Source: Octopus sinensis
Lineage: Eukaryota
Assembly: GCF_006345805.1 (NCBI RefSeq)
Contig: NC_043002.1
Coordinates: 34,534,001-34,598,000, forward strand
Direction: 5' to 3'
Length of the DNA stretch: 64,000 bases
This document shows, one piece after another, positions 50,423 to 63,303 of the stretch. Made by a program: the position numbers and the translations under genes. The notes under the pieces were generated by a model, which ran no database searches, was not told where the DNA came from, and saw only the letters and a list, made by a program, of their open reading frames with translations. Numbering within the stretch: position 1 is the first letter of the stretch; the number at the start of each line of letters is the position of its first letter.

Positions 50423-50496
50423 CGCCATGTTGAATCGCTAGCTTCTGCACGCATTTTTTTCTCTCCTTGTTTCTCTCCGTGTTTCTTTTCTGTGTA

Positions 50497-50534
50497 TCTT
50501 TCTGTTGAAGAGCGTAGGCTCGAAACGTAAAAGA
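50497..50534 (+). ncRNA. Minimal type I hammerhead motif with U6 core and extra A after A9
   Basis: TCTTT-CTGTTGA-A-GAGC(GTAG)GCTC-GAAA-C-GTA^AAAGA; 5-bp stem I, ACGT palindrome. Confidence 0.6.
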
Positions 50535-50755
50535 CTTGTTTTATTTATATTCCTGAGCGCCATACTAATACAATTGTTTGTTTGTACTCCACCTGCCTTC
50601 GTCTTTTGTTTATTTTCATTAAGTTTCCCGTTATATATATATATATTCACTCACTCCTTTCTGTACATCTGTATATCTGATATCCTTTTTAGACAAGTTT
50701 AAATTAAGTGTAGAATATGTAATTAAAGTTCATATTAGCTATCCCCTACAGTTTC

Positions 50756-50789
<34 letters not shown>

Positions 50790-50861
50790 CCCATAATAAC
50801 CTTACAACGATGAAAATGCCAGGCAGCTAGAAGAAAATGCATATCAGAGCAAAATTTTTGT

Positions 50862-50955
50862 TGCCCGCAGAGGGACTCGAACCCCCGACCCTCAGATAAC
50901 TTAACTGCTTCCTTTCATTAAAAGTCTGATGCTCTACCGACTGAGCTATGCAGGC
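50862..50955 (-). tRNA. Divergent tRNA-Lys(TTT) with a different 21-nt intron
   Basis: Intron ATGAAAGGAAGCAGTTAAGTT after A37; U4.G69 and G50.U64 wobbles; T loop TTCGAGT; A73. Confidence 0.75.
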
Positions 50956-51730
50956 TTCCGACCTTCCGCTTTAACTTTTAGACAAATGAAATATTTTGGA
51001 CTCAGCTACACATTCCTTGTTAACTGAAACGATTGTTGCATAGAGCTGTCATCTGATATCTTACGTCACCCCGTAGTGATTACTAATAATTCCTTCACAT
51101 TTACTGCTGATATTTAATATAGTAATTCGTTCACTCATCAAGTCCCATCCTGGTAAAGTCATATTGGTCATTCAAAATGTATATACACTACTCTCTTTCA
51201 ATTATAATCCTTTCTACTCTAGGCACAAGGCCCGACATTGACAAAGTTACACTGAGTCTTAAAAATTCCCTTCGGTCACGAATGACCAAGAAAGTTCCTC
51301 TCCGAGTCGCAAGTCCGGGCAAGGTTGTTTGTCGAATACCAGTCAGTCCTTTCCACAACGCTGATGTTGTCCAAGAAAACGACAAAGGCCGATTCAGTTT
51401 GGCAACAGTAATGTCGCAAATTATTTCTACTGCTAAGTGAACTGGAGCAATATGAAATGAAGTGTCTTGCTCAGAAACACAACTCATAGTCCGGTCTAGG
51501 AATCGAACTTACAACATCACGATTGTAAGCCCAATGTTCTAACCACTGAGCCATGCATCTTCACAAAAAGGTCATCGTAAAGCCACAACGGAGAATCGAA
51601 CTTTGTATCTCTCAAATTATCTTGAAAACACCTAATAATTTAACATCTAATGTTAAAGTGGAAAAATTATCAGAACATTTTTCTATTCAGTTTTGCAAAT
51701 ATAGAATACTGTACGATTGACTATTTGTTT

Positions 51731-51763
<33 letters not shown>

Positions 51764-52498
51764 AACACACACACACACGCACGTGTATCTCCCTTTGCAG
51801 GATAGAGGACGCCGTGATGGTGTCAAGCCTATCTGGCGACGTTGATGTTCGCCTGGGGCTAAATGCAACAGTAACACCCCCACCACCCTGCCCTGTCCCT
51901 AGCCATATTCAGATGGCTTTAGTCCCTTATGTTATGGAGCAGTTACTGTCTATATCTCATTTAGAGAATTATTATTGCTATATATATATATATATATATC
52001 AATAATTAAGGGTAAAATCAATTAGTTATTAATTAATTTCACCAAGTATTTCTCAGTATGTAAAAACCATTCAAGGCGTATTCAAAATATTTCACGTGGA
52101 TGGGAGGGGAAGGTACATAGATTCTTTACTTGCACTGTTTGAATTCGCTGGCACTATCAGTTTGGAGGTGTTCGTCTGAGGTGATACATTTCGGATGAGT
52201 ATGTTCATTATTTTTAGTGCTTTCAAATCCAAACAAGAAATGTTGAGCTGACGAAAGAAATGTCGAGTTTTAATTCGGCTAATCTAGAAACGTTGAACGT
52301 TCTCAAATAATCTTTGTACTTGTGATATTTTGTTGTTTTCCCTCCATGTCTACGTGAGTTATTTTTGAGTAAGCACTTTCAGGGAGATTCTTCTTAAAGT
52401 AGTAGAAATGGCTAAACAAAAATTTTTTTGGGCTGCTATTTCTAAAAATTTCAGTATGTGGCAAAGTAAATTATTTTACTAAGCCCTTAATTATATAA

Positions 52499-52568
<70 letters not shown>

Positions 52569-52760
52569 GAGAAAAAGAAGAAAAAGAAAAAAATGACGTA
52601 CAGAAGTTGATTATTCATAGAAATTTAAATTCATGCAGAGAAATTCCTGCATACAGCTGTTTCCACACCTAATCAATTGAATTATGGAAATGTAAATTCC
52701 AATCTTTGAAACCAGTTAATTGGATATTTCTTCATGGACAACTTCCAAAAGAAACTTCGT

Positions 52761-52852
52761 CGCCTGCAGAGGGACTTGAACCCGCGACCCTCAGATTTCA
52801 TAACTCGACAGTTCTTAAAAGTCTGATGCTCTACCGACTGAGCTATGCGGGC
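52761..52852 (-). tRNA. tRNA-Lys(TTT) with intron, G69A acceptor mismatch
   Basis: Single substitution relative to the exon consensus. Confidence 0.6.
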
Positions 52853-53277
52853 TTCAACCGCTAGATTTAACTTTTAGACAAATGAAATATAATGGACTTA
52901 GCTACACATTCCTTGTTAAAGGAAACGATTGTTGTATAAAGCTGTCATCTGATATCTTATGTTACCCCTTAGTGGTTTCTAATAACTCCTTCAAATTTAC
53001 TACTGATATTTAATATAGTAATTCGTTCATTCATCAAGTCCCATCCTGGTAAAGTCATATTGATCATTCAAAATGTATATACACTATTCTCTTTCAATTA
53101 TAATCTTTTCTACTCTAGGCACAAGGCCCGACATTTTTGTGGAGGGTGCCAGTCGAATAGATCGACCCCAGAGCGCAGGTGGTATAATATAGCATTGTAC
53201 CTATGCCTGTGTTTAGCCCCTTGTGGGTAATAAAGAAATAGGTATAATATAGCCCTCATCTGTTTCAGTTGCATCAC

Positions 53278-53517
53278 GAAAACTATGTTATGAAGTATTT
53301 TTCCATATTTCTCCTGAAGGAGGTGTCATTTTTTGGACATTTGTAGAAGGGAAAGATCTTAAATTTTCCTTCTCCACATGTATCTGGGTATTTACTCAGT
53401 GAAACACCTAGAAACATGTGGAGAAGGAAAATTTAAGATCTTTCCCTTCTACAAATGTCCAAAGAATGACACCTCCTTCAGGAGAAATATGGAACAATAC
53501 TTCATAACAAAGTTCTC
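53278..53517. repeat. 240-bp palindrome copy
   Basis: Same arms. Confidence 0.9.
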
Positions 53518-53595
53518 CACCAAATTGAATGGCTGAAAATATTTCTATAATATTTTGTACTAGATGAAGGACGAAATTTGTAAAGTAAGTTGTAT

Positions 53596-53656
<61 letters not shown>

Positions 53657-53872
53657 CACACAAACAGTACTACACATATGTACATATAAATAAATAAAAA
53701 CACTCTTTCATCCAGATTCTCCAACCCATATCAGCACAGGTATCAAACATTGGATTGAAAGACTCACCAGTTGCAAAAATGTAAACACATTTTTTTCTTC
53801 TTTCCCTCCTCCTCCTCCTTCCTTTCATTCCCTTTCCCATTTGACACACCTTTCAGATACACAGACACCCAC

Positions 53873-53951
<79 letters not shown>

Positions 53952-54191
53952 CTCTCTCTCTCTCACACAAGACAATGATAAAAAAAGAAATCCAGACAAT
54001 TTTTTGAAAAGTGACATTTTGCTCCCCTTGGAGTGACCAGCTGGGTGTGCCATTTCTGAAAGCCAATAATCACTTACCATTGAAAGACTGACCAGCTGCA
54101 AAGATATCAGCAAATTTTTTCTTCTTTCTCTCCTTCTTCTTCCTTTCCTTCTCTTTTTCTTTAAAACTTCTTTAAGATACAAAACACACAC

Positions 54192-54225
<34 letters not shown>

Positions 54226-54488
54226 CCCATTCTTCACCCTCTTGTAGTATCTTAAAATCTCTCCCCGCCCCTACACACTCAATAATACTATAAAAGGAGA
54301 CAAAATTCCTGCAAAAGTTCAATTTGAAAACTCCACTAGAGTGGACCAAAGCGCTTTTATATGATATATGATTCATAAAAAATGTAACATACTAATAAAT
54401 ATCTGTAAATATAAAACCATCCAGCAAATATAAAACCAACCAGTCAATTGGGCATTTCTTCTTGGACAATTTCCAAAAGAAAAATCGT

Positions 54489-54580
54489 CGCCCGCAGAGG
54501 GACTTGAACCCGCGACCCTCAGATTTCATTACACGGCAGTTCTTAAAAGTCTGATGCTCTACCGACTGAGCTATGCGGGC
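54489..54580 (-). tRNA. tRNA-Lys(TTT), intact, 19-nt intron
   Basis: Consensus exons; intron AGAACTGCCGTGTAATGAA; TTTT terminator. Confidence 0.88.
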
Positions 54581-54713
54581 TGACATGCGGTTCAACCAAA
54601 ATTTAGATAGATTAAATCTTTTGAACTTAGCGAATATATACCTACGTACATACATACACACAAGCATACATACATATATACATACATACATACATACACA
54701 AACAATACTCAGA

Positions 54714-54749
54714 TGAAATCTGAGGGTCGCGGGTTCAAATCCTTCTGGG
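54714..54749 (+). pseudogene. Antisense 3'-half tRNA cassette
   Basis: TGAAATCTGAGGGTCGCGGGTTCAAATCCTTCTGGG. Confidence 0.85.
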
Positions 54750-54882
54750 AGTTTTCTTTTGGAAATTGGTCCAGAAGAAATAACCAATTGACATGTTTCA
54801 AACAAGGAGGGGGCCAGTCGAATAGATCGACTCTAGTACGCAGGTGGTTTAATATAGCCATCAGTTATTTCAGTTGCAACAC

Positions 54883-55122
54883 GAGAACTATGTTATGAAG
54901 TATTTTTCCATATTTCTCCTGAAGGAGGTGTCATTCTTTGGACATTTGTAGAAGGGAAAGATCTTAAATTTTCCTTCTCCACATGTATCTGGGTATTTAC
55001 TCAGCGAAACACCTAGAAACATGTGGAGAAGGAAAATTTAAGATCTTTCCCTTCTACAAATGTCCAAAGAATGACACCTCCTTCAGGAGAAATATGGAAC
55101 AATACTTCATAACATAGTTCTC
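54883..55122. repeat. 240-bp palindrome copy
   Basis: Same arms. Confidence 0.9.
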
Positions 55123-55822
55123 CACCAAATTAAATGACTGAAAATATTTCTATAATAATTTGTACTAGATGAAGGACCAATTTTGTAAAGTAAATTGTAT
55201 TAAACACACACACACACACACACACACATACACACACACACACACACACACGCGCGCGCACTCCCCCTCTCTCTCTCTCTCTCTCAGAAGACAATGATAA
55301 AAAAGAAATCCAGATAATTATTTGAAAAGTGACATTTTGCTCCCCTTGGAGTGACCAGCAGGGTTTGCCATTTCTAAAAACCAAGAATCACTTACCATTG
55401 AAAGACTGACCAGCTGCAAAGATATCAGCAAATTTTTTCTTCTTTGTCTCCTTCTTCTTCCTTTCCTTCTCTTTTTCTTTAACACCTCTTTAAGATACAA
55501 AAACACACACGATCTCTCTCTCTCACTTTCTCCTCATTCTTCACCCTCTTGTAGTATCTTATATCTTTCCCCGCCCCTACACACTCAATAATACTATAAA
55601 AGGAGACAAAATTCCTGCAAAAGTTCAATTTGAAAACTCCACTAGAGTGGACGAAAGCGCTTTTATATGATATATGATTCATAAAAAATGTAACATACTA
55701 ATAAATATCTATAAATATAAACATACTAATAAATATCTGTAAATATAAAACCATCCAGCAAATATAAAACCAACTAGTCAATTGGACATTTCTTCTGGGA
55801 CAATTTCCAAAAGAAAAGTCAT

Positions 55823-55914
55823 CGCCCGCAGAGGGACTTGAACCCGCGACCCTCAGATTTCATAACACGGCAGTTCTTAAAAGTCTGATGCTCTACCGAC
55901 TGAGCTATGCGGGC
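55823..55914 (-). tRNA. tRNA-Lys(TTT), intact, 19-nt intron
   Basis: Consensus exons; intron AGAACTGCCGTGTTATGAA; TTTT terminator. Confidence 0.88.
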
Positions 55915-56441
55915 TGACACGCCATTCAACGAAAATTTAGATAGATTAAATCTTTTGAACTTAGCTACTATATACATACGTGCATACATACATAAATACA
56001 TACATGATAATTTAAGAGGAGCCATTGTGTGTGATTTTTGATGGCGGAAATGGATCTAGTACCATGTAAATGTATGTTTCTTTATAGATGAAAACTGTCG
56101 TCGGAGATCTATACTCATGCTTCAGAGAATTACCTGGGCCATCAGTTAATTTACATGAGACAATTATTAAATTTTACTTGTTTCAGTCATTAGACTGTGG
56201 CCGAAGATGATGACATAGCGTGGTAGGAATAAAACAGCAAAAGACTGAATGCTAATGGAAATAGAAGAGCGTAAAAATATTTCGAAAGACCGGAAGGACA
56301 TTGCCAAGCTGGAAAACGTGATGGGCAGCAAGAAAGTATTGAGCAAAAAGGGAAAACAATTGTAACAGTTGCCGGGTGAAAATGTGTTCGACTAAGAAAA
56401 AGAAAAAAATAAAGGAAATGGTATTGCATGAAAAAATTTGC

Positions 56442-56533
56442 CGCCCGCAGAGGGACTTGAACCAGCGACCCTCAGATTTCATAACTGGACAGTTCTTAAA
56501 AGTCTGATGCTCTACCGACTGAGCTATGCGGGT
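56442..56533 (-). pseudogene. tRNA-Lys with G1A and G51T
   Basis: Acceptor and T-stem mismatches. Confidence 0.75.
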
Positions 56534-57047
56534 TTCCTACCGCCCAGTTTAACTTTTACACAAATGAAATATGGACTTAGCTACACATTCCTTGTTAACT
56601 GAATCGATTGTTGCATAAAGCTGTCATCTGATGTCTTATGTCACCCCGTAGTGATTACTAATAATTTCTTCACATTTACTACTGATATCTAACATAGTAA
56701 TTCATTCACTCATCAAGTCCCATCCTGGTAAAGTCATATTGGTCATTCAAAATGTATATACACTACTCACTTTCAATTATAATCTTTTCTACTCTAGGCA
56801 CAAGGCCCGACATTTTTGTGGAGGGGCCAGTCGAATAGTTCGACCCCAGTGCGCAGGTGGTATAATATAGATAGAAAGAAGATAGAAAAAAATGAAGTAC
56901 AGAAGTTATTTATCGAAAGATATTCGAATTCCTGCTTACTCTTGTTTCCTAACACCTAATGAATTGAATTCAAGAAATTTAAGTTCTCACATCTGAAACC
57001 AGTTAATTGGGTATTTCTTCAAGGTCATTTTCGAAAAGAGAAGTCGT

Positions 57048-57138
57048 TGCCCACAGATGGACTTAAACCTGCGTCCCTCAGATTTCACCACTCGAAATGC
57101 TTAAATGTCTGATGCTCTACCGACTGAGCTATGCGGGC
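57048..57138 (-). pseudogene. Degenerate tRNA-Lys pseudogene (paralogue of 8609)
   Basis: Shares GGGACGCAGGTT with the 8609 copy; anticodon altered. Confidence 0.85.
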
Positions 57139-57532
57139 TGACAACTGTTTCAGCGAAAAGTTAGATAGATTAAATCTTTTAAACCTACCTACTATATACG
57201 TACGTACATATATACAAACATACATACAATACTACTTGCAATGGTTACAGTTCCATTACACAATCTCATTAAATTTTACTTGTTTCAGTCATTAGACTGT
57301 GGCCGAAGATGATGACATAGTGTGGTAGGAATAAAAGAGTAAAAGACTGAATGCTAATGGAAATAGAAGAGCCTAAAAATATTTCGAAAGACCGGAATGA
57401 CATTGCCAAGCTGGAAAATGTGATGGGCAGCAAGAAAAGATTGAGGAAAAAAGGAAAAAAATTGTAAGAGTAGCAGGGCGAAAATGTGCTCGACTACGAG
57501 AAAAAAAAATGGTATTGCAAGTAAAATCATGT

Positions 57533-57624
57533 CGCCCGCAGAGGGACTTGAACCCGCGACCCTCAGATTTCATAACACGGCAGTTCTTAAAAGTCTGATG
57601 CTCTACCGACTGAGCTATGCGGGC
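57533..57624 (-). tRNA. tRNA-Lys(TTT), intact, 19-nt intron
   Basis: Consensus exons; TTTT downstream. Confidence 0.86.
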
Positions 57625-58067
57625 TTCCGACTGCCCGCTTTAACTTTTAGACAAATGAAATATTATGGACTTAGCTATACATTCCTTGTTAACTGAAACA
57701 ATTGTTGTATAAAGCTGTCATCTGATGTCTTATGTCACCCCGTAGTGATTACTAATAATTCCTTCACATTTACTACTGATGTTTAATGTAGTAATTCGTT
57801 CACTCATCAAGTCCCATCCTGTTAAAGTCATATTGGTCATTAAAAATGTATATACACTACTCTCTTTCAGTTATAATCTTTTCTACTCTAGGCACAAGGC
57901 CCGACATTTTTGTGGAAGGTGCCAGTCGAATAGATCGACCCCAGTACGCAGGTGGTATAATATAGCACTGTACCTATGCCTGTGTGTACCTATGCCTGTA
58001 CCTATGCCCTTGTGGGTAATAAAGAAATATGTATAATATAGCCCTCATCTGTTTCAGTTGCATCACG

Positions 58068-58306
58068 GGAAGTATGTTTTGAAGTATTTTTCCATATTTC
58101 TCCTGAAGGAGGTGTCATTCTTTGGACATTTGTAGAAGGGAAAGATCTTAAATTTTCCTTCTCCACATGTATCTGGGTGTTTCACTGAGTAAATACCCAG
58201 ATACATGTGGAAAAGGAAAATTTAAGATCTTTCCCTTCTACAAATGTCCAAAGAATGACACCTCCTTCAGGAGAAATATGGAACAATACTTCATAACAAA
58301 GTTCTC
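58068..58306. repeat. 240-bp palindrome copy, centre flipped relative to its flanks
   Basis: Centre reads ACTCAGTG in tRNA-sense orientation, like the 1496 copy. Confidence 0.88.
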
Positions 58307-58409
58307 CACCAAATTAAATGGCTGAATATATTTCTATAATATTTTGTACTAGATGAAGAAACAATTTTGTAAAGTAAATTGTATTAAACACACACACACA
58401 CACACACAC

Positions 58410-58459
<50 letters not shown>

Positions 58460-59003
58460 AACAGTACTACAAATATGTACATATACATAAATAAAAATAA
58501 TCTTTCATCCACATTCTCCAACCCTTATCAGCACAGGAATCAAACATTGGATTGAAAGAACTGAACAGTGGTATAAATGTCAACACAATTATTTCTTTTT
58601 CCTCACTTTCTTCTTTCTTCCTTCTCCAGCGACAACCCTACCAGATACACAGGTACCCACACACACATGTGCACACACACATGTGCACACACACATGTGC
58701 ACACACACATGTGCACACACACATGTGCACACACACATGTGCACACACACACACACACACACACAAAACAATGATAAAAAGAAATCTAGACAATTTTTTG
58801 AGAAGTGACATTTTGCCTGCCCTTGAAGTGGCCAGTTGAGTTTGCCATTTCTAAAAGCCAAGAATCATTTTCTATTGAAAGACTCACCAGTTGCAAAAAT
58901 GTAAACACATTTTTTTCTTCTTTCTCTCCTCCTTCTTCCTTTCATTCCCTTTCCCATTTGACACATCTTTCAGATACATAGACACCCGCACACACGCACA
59001 CAC

Positions 59004-59046
<43 letters not shown>

Positions 59047-59533
59047 CTCTCTCTCTCTCTCTCACAAGACAATGATAAAAAAGAAATCCAGACAATTTTT
59101 TGAAAAGTGACATTTTGCTTCCCTTGGAGTGACCAGCTGGGTTTGCCATTTCTAAAAGCCAAGAATCACTTACCATTGAAAGACTGACCAGCTGCAAAGA
59201 TATCAGCAAATTTTTTCTTCTTTCTCTCCTTCTTCTTCCTTTCCTTCTCTTTTTCTTTAACATTCCTTTAAGATACAAAAACACACACGATCTCTCTCTC
59301 CTCTCTCTCACTTTCTCCCCATTCTTCACTCTCTTGTAGTATCTTATATCTCTCCCCGCCCCTACACACTCAACAATACTATAAAAGGAGACAAAATTCT
59401 TGCAAAAGTTCAATTTGAAAACTCCACTAGAGTGGACGAAGGCGCTTTTATATGATAATAGCAGAATTGCCCGGCGTTGCTCGGGGCTGAATTGCTTGAA
59501 AGTACTGTTAATGATTGCACTGAATTATGATGA

Positions 59534-60043
59534 TTATTCAGGCAAATATTGATATAATTTTACGGTGGGCGATAAGGACTTAACGATCAAACGTGTGCCA
59601 TTGCATTGTTTTGGGGGAACCAAATTTCTGATGAGCATTATAGGGGCACCAACGTTAAGTTTGAGAAAGTGTGGTGGTAGTCCGGGGTGCTCAAAGGAAT
59701 TGAGTACCTCTATTGGATAGTTGATGACGTCCTCTGGGTCAGGAGTTGTATCGATAGACTGATATACATAGACTTCCCCAGGAATGAGTTTTAGCATTTC
59801 ATCATTAATATGGTGAACAGTTTTATTCCTCGGGGCCAGTATAGCCTTTTTGCCAATCCAATCCATATTCTGATAATTAGCTTGTAGATCTGGGAACACT
59901 GCATCTCTGAGATCAGAAGGCGTCTTAACAACGGTACAAATGGAATCGATGGCAATATTACCATTTTCATCCCCTGGTATTTTGCCTTCGCCAAGTGCAA
60001 GGAGGGTGTGAGGAAATGCTACTGATGTGATATTACGTCGCAT
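59534..60043 (-). pseudogene. PIF1-like helicase fragment of Helitron RepHel
   Basis: KAILAPRNKTVHHIN...YPIEVLNSFEHPGLPPHFLKLNVGAPIMLIRNLVPPKQCNGTRLIVKSL. Confidence 0.9.
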
Positions 60044-60294
60044 ATTGGTGTGAAGTTTGAGAGGTATTTCCCTTTATTAAAAAAAAAATATGCATTAAAA
60101 TGGAAAAAAATGATGGTAAATTATTTGTAAAATCGTAGACTCATCGTAGACGCGCGCTAATACCCAGAAGGGCTCGATATGAATGACGACTATAAGATAC
60201 CCGGTTTTGGTTAAACTGCATCGCAAAATGTGGGAGTAGTTAGGAATCTAAATCGGAGTAGACAGACACACAACCTTTCTTTTATATATAAAGA

Positions 60295-60822
60295 TTTTCG
60301 TCCTAAAAAACTTTGTATGGATTGAATGGTTACCTCTATGGAAATATATACACGCACATTATACATACATGTGTGTATAGATGAATATATAAATACATTT
60401 AAATATCTATATACACTTTTGGGCGATCTTTCTGTTTCTTAGAGATAACTTTAGATCTTATTTTCGTCCTAAAAACTTTGTATGGAGTGAATGGTTACCT
60501 CTATGGAAATATATACACACACGTTATACATACATGTGTGCATAGATGAATATATAAATACATTTATATATCTATATACACTTTTGGGCGATCTTTCTGC
60601 TACTTAGAGATAACTTTAGATCTTATATTCGTCCTAAATAACTTTGTATGGAGTGAATGGTTACCTCTATGGAAATATATACACACACATTATACATACA
60701 TCTGTGTATAGATGAATATATAAATACATTTAAATATCTATATACACTTTTGGGCGATCTTTCTGCTACTTGGATATACTTTAGATCTTATATTCGTCCT
60801 AAAAAACTTTGTATGAATTGAA
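60295..60822. repeat. 165-bp tandem repeat, about 3.2 copies, inside the Helitron
   Basis: Units start at 60295, 60461, 60626 and 60791. Confidence 0.92.
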
Positions 60823-62052
60823 AAAGAAAATGAATTGAAATTTTAAGAAAGGAATTTGTTTACATACATGTGTGAAATGGCAAATGTTTGTGCAGTTGTC
60901 CGAAATGGAACCAGGGTAAATGTGTGGAACTGATGTATTATAATGAATAGTCCTTCTTGTTGTGAATATTAATTTGATTAATATGAACCGAAAACCAGTG
61001 GTGTAGCATATAAGACCATAGGTGATCTTCTAGCAAAAAGGATGACCAGTCTGACTGGCTCATCCCTGTCAAACACTCACACACACGCACACATACACAC
61101 GCACCCTCACACACACACACACACACACACACGCACTCACACACACACTCACACACACGCACACACACACGTTAGCTTACAATTTTATTTATATATTTGC
61201 GTGTCTATGTGTGTAAAGAGGAAGTGGGAGTAATATGCAGAGTAAAGGCTTTGAAGTGAAAGAGTGAAATGGTAAAATATTTAGTTTTCTCGAATTTTTT
61301 CTGAAATGGGGGTGAAATTGAAAGAAATTTTGTATGCCATGACCGAATGGAAGTACTTTGAAAAATCATAGGTAAACTCTAATTGAAGAAATTGTGTGAG
61401 GAGTAAATCGTTATGTATTTATTTGTTTCTGTTTGCTGTGTTTTTTTTTGAGTAGTGGTTTAAGGTACACTTGCAAAGAGAAAGTATGAGAAATTATGGT
61501 GATAGCATGAGTGAAGCAGTTCATCCGTTTTATATAAATACTTTCACTTTAATCGTTGCACACTTGCAAAAAGAAAGGAGGAGAAATTAGGGTGATAGCA
61601 TGAGTGAAGCAGTTCGCTCCGTTTTTGTGTGTGTGTGTGTGCTGTAGCCCACACTAAGAAAAGCACTTCACTTACACACCACAATGTGAGTTTTCTCGAA
61701 ATTTTGCTTAATTGGGGGTGAAATTTGAAAAACTGTACCTGGCACGACCCGATGTATTCTACTCTTAAAAATGCTAGGTAAATTGTAATTGAAGAAATCC
61801 TATATTGTAGATTTCTATAAGAGACAAAGGGAGGCACATAAAATCTGCCTTTTATAATAAGAGATAAGAGACAAAGGGAGGCAGATAAAATCTGCCTTTT
61901 ATAATAAGAGATATGATTCATAAAAAATGTAACATACTAATAAATATCTGTAAATATAAAACAATCCAGCAAATATAAAACCATTCCACAAATATAAAAC
62001 CAATCAGTCAATTGGACATTTCTTCTGCGACAACATCCAAAAGAAAAATCGT

Positions 62053-62144
62053 CGCCCGCAGAGGGACTTGGACCCGCGACCCTCAGATTTCATAACGCGG
62101 CAGTTCTTAAAAGTCTGATGCTCTACCGACTGAGCTATGCGGGG
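62053..62144 (-). pseudogene. tRNA-Lys with G1C and U55C
   Basis: B box GGTCCAAG; acceptor mismatch. Confidence 0.78.
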
Positions 62145-62302
62145 TGACATGCGATTCAGCGAAAATTTAGATAGATTAAATCTTTTGAACTTAGCTACTA
62201 TATACATACGTACAAACATACACCAAAACATACATACATACATATATACATACGTACATGCATACATTCATACATACATACATACACAAAACAATACTCA
62301 GA

Positions 62303-62342
62303 TGAAATCTGAGGGTCGCGGGTTCAAATCCCTCTGCAGGCG
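62303..62342 (+). pseudogene. Antisense 3'-half tRNA cassette
   Basis: TGAAATCTGAGGGTCGCGGGTTCAAATCCCTCTGCAGGCG. Confidence 0.85.
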
Positions 62343-63211
62343 ACGAGTAATCTTTTTGGAAATTGTCCCAGAAGAAAAACAAATTGACTGGTTTCAAATA
62401 TGGGAATTTAAATTTCAATAATTGAATTGATTGGGTGTGGAAACAACTGCAAGCAGGAATTTCTCTGCATGAATTCGGAAGTGCCCGAAATCGTCGAGTT
62501 ATATCGACGGAATGCCCATATATTAACAATTGGTTGTGTCTTCATGGGGTCACTCTGCATGCTCACGCTAATGTATAATGACTATTCTTTACAGGTTTCT
62601 ATTAAATGTGTGAGTGTGATTTTCATTCTTTACCAAAGGATATCTATCTATCTCTATATATATCTTGTTTCTGGCACTAATATAATAATATCTTAAATAA
62701 TCAATGTAATAATCAATGGTGTTGTTCTTAATGCGCAGCAGTGGTGCAACAAAGTTTAATATATGAAAATACATGATAATTTAATAGGAGCCATTGTGTG
62801 TGATTTTAGATGGCGGAAATGGATCTAGTACGATGTAGATATATGTTTCTTTGTAGACGAAAACTGTAGTCAGAGATCTATACTCATGCTTTGCAGAATT
62901 ACCAGGGCCGTCAGTTAATTTACATGTGACAATGATTATATTTTACTTGTTTCAGTCAATAGACTGTGGCCGCCGAAGATGATGACATAGCGTGGTAGGA
63001 ATAAAAACAGCAAAAGACTGAATGCTAATGGAAATAGAAGAGCGTAAAAAATATTCGAAAGACAGAAATGACATTGCCAAGCTGGAAAATGTGATGGGCA
63101 GCAAGAAATGATTGAGCAAAAAGGGAAAACAATTGTAACATTTGCAGGGTGAAAATGTGTTCGACTAAGAAAAATGAAAAAAAATAAATGGTATTGCAAG
63201 AAAAAAATTGT

Positions 63212-63303
63212 CGCCCGCAGAGGGATTTGAACCCGCGACCCTCAGATTTCATAACCCGGCAGTTCTTAAAAGTCTGATGCTCTACCGACTGAGCTATGCG
63301 GGC
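63212..63303 (-). tRNA. tRNA-Lys(TTT), intact, 19-nt intron
   Basis: Consensus exons (T loop TTCAAAT); intron AGAACTGCCGGGTTATGAA; TTTTTTT terminator. Confidence 0.86.

Larger units (their letters stand above)
59458..61911 (-). mobile_element. Composite non-autonomous Helitron inserted into an array unit
   Basis: Empty-site sequence TATGATA|TATGATTC seen at 54361. 5' TC at 61911, 3' GC-rich hairpin plus CTAT at 59458-59487, A|T target, no TSD; second 5' TC end at 60294. Confidence 0.85.

Noticed and set aside
52248-52294. CTGACGA...GAAACGTT hammerhead-like motif
   Set aside because: Stem I cannot pair and the base of stem II is mismatched; at best a decayed relic.
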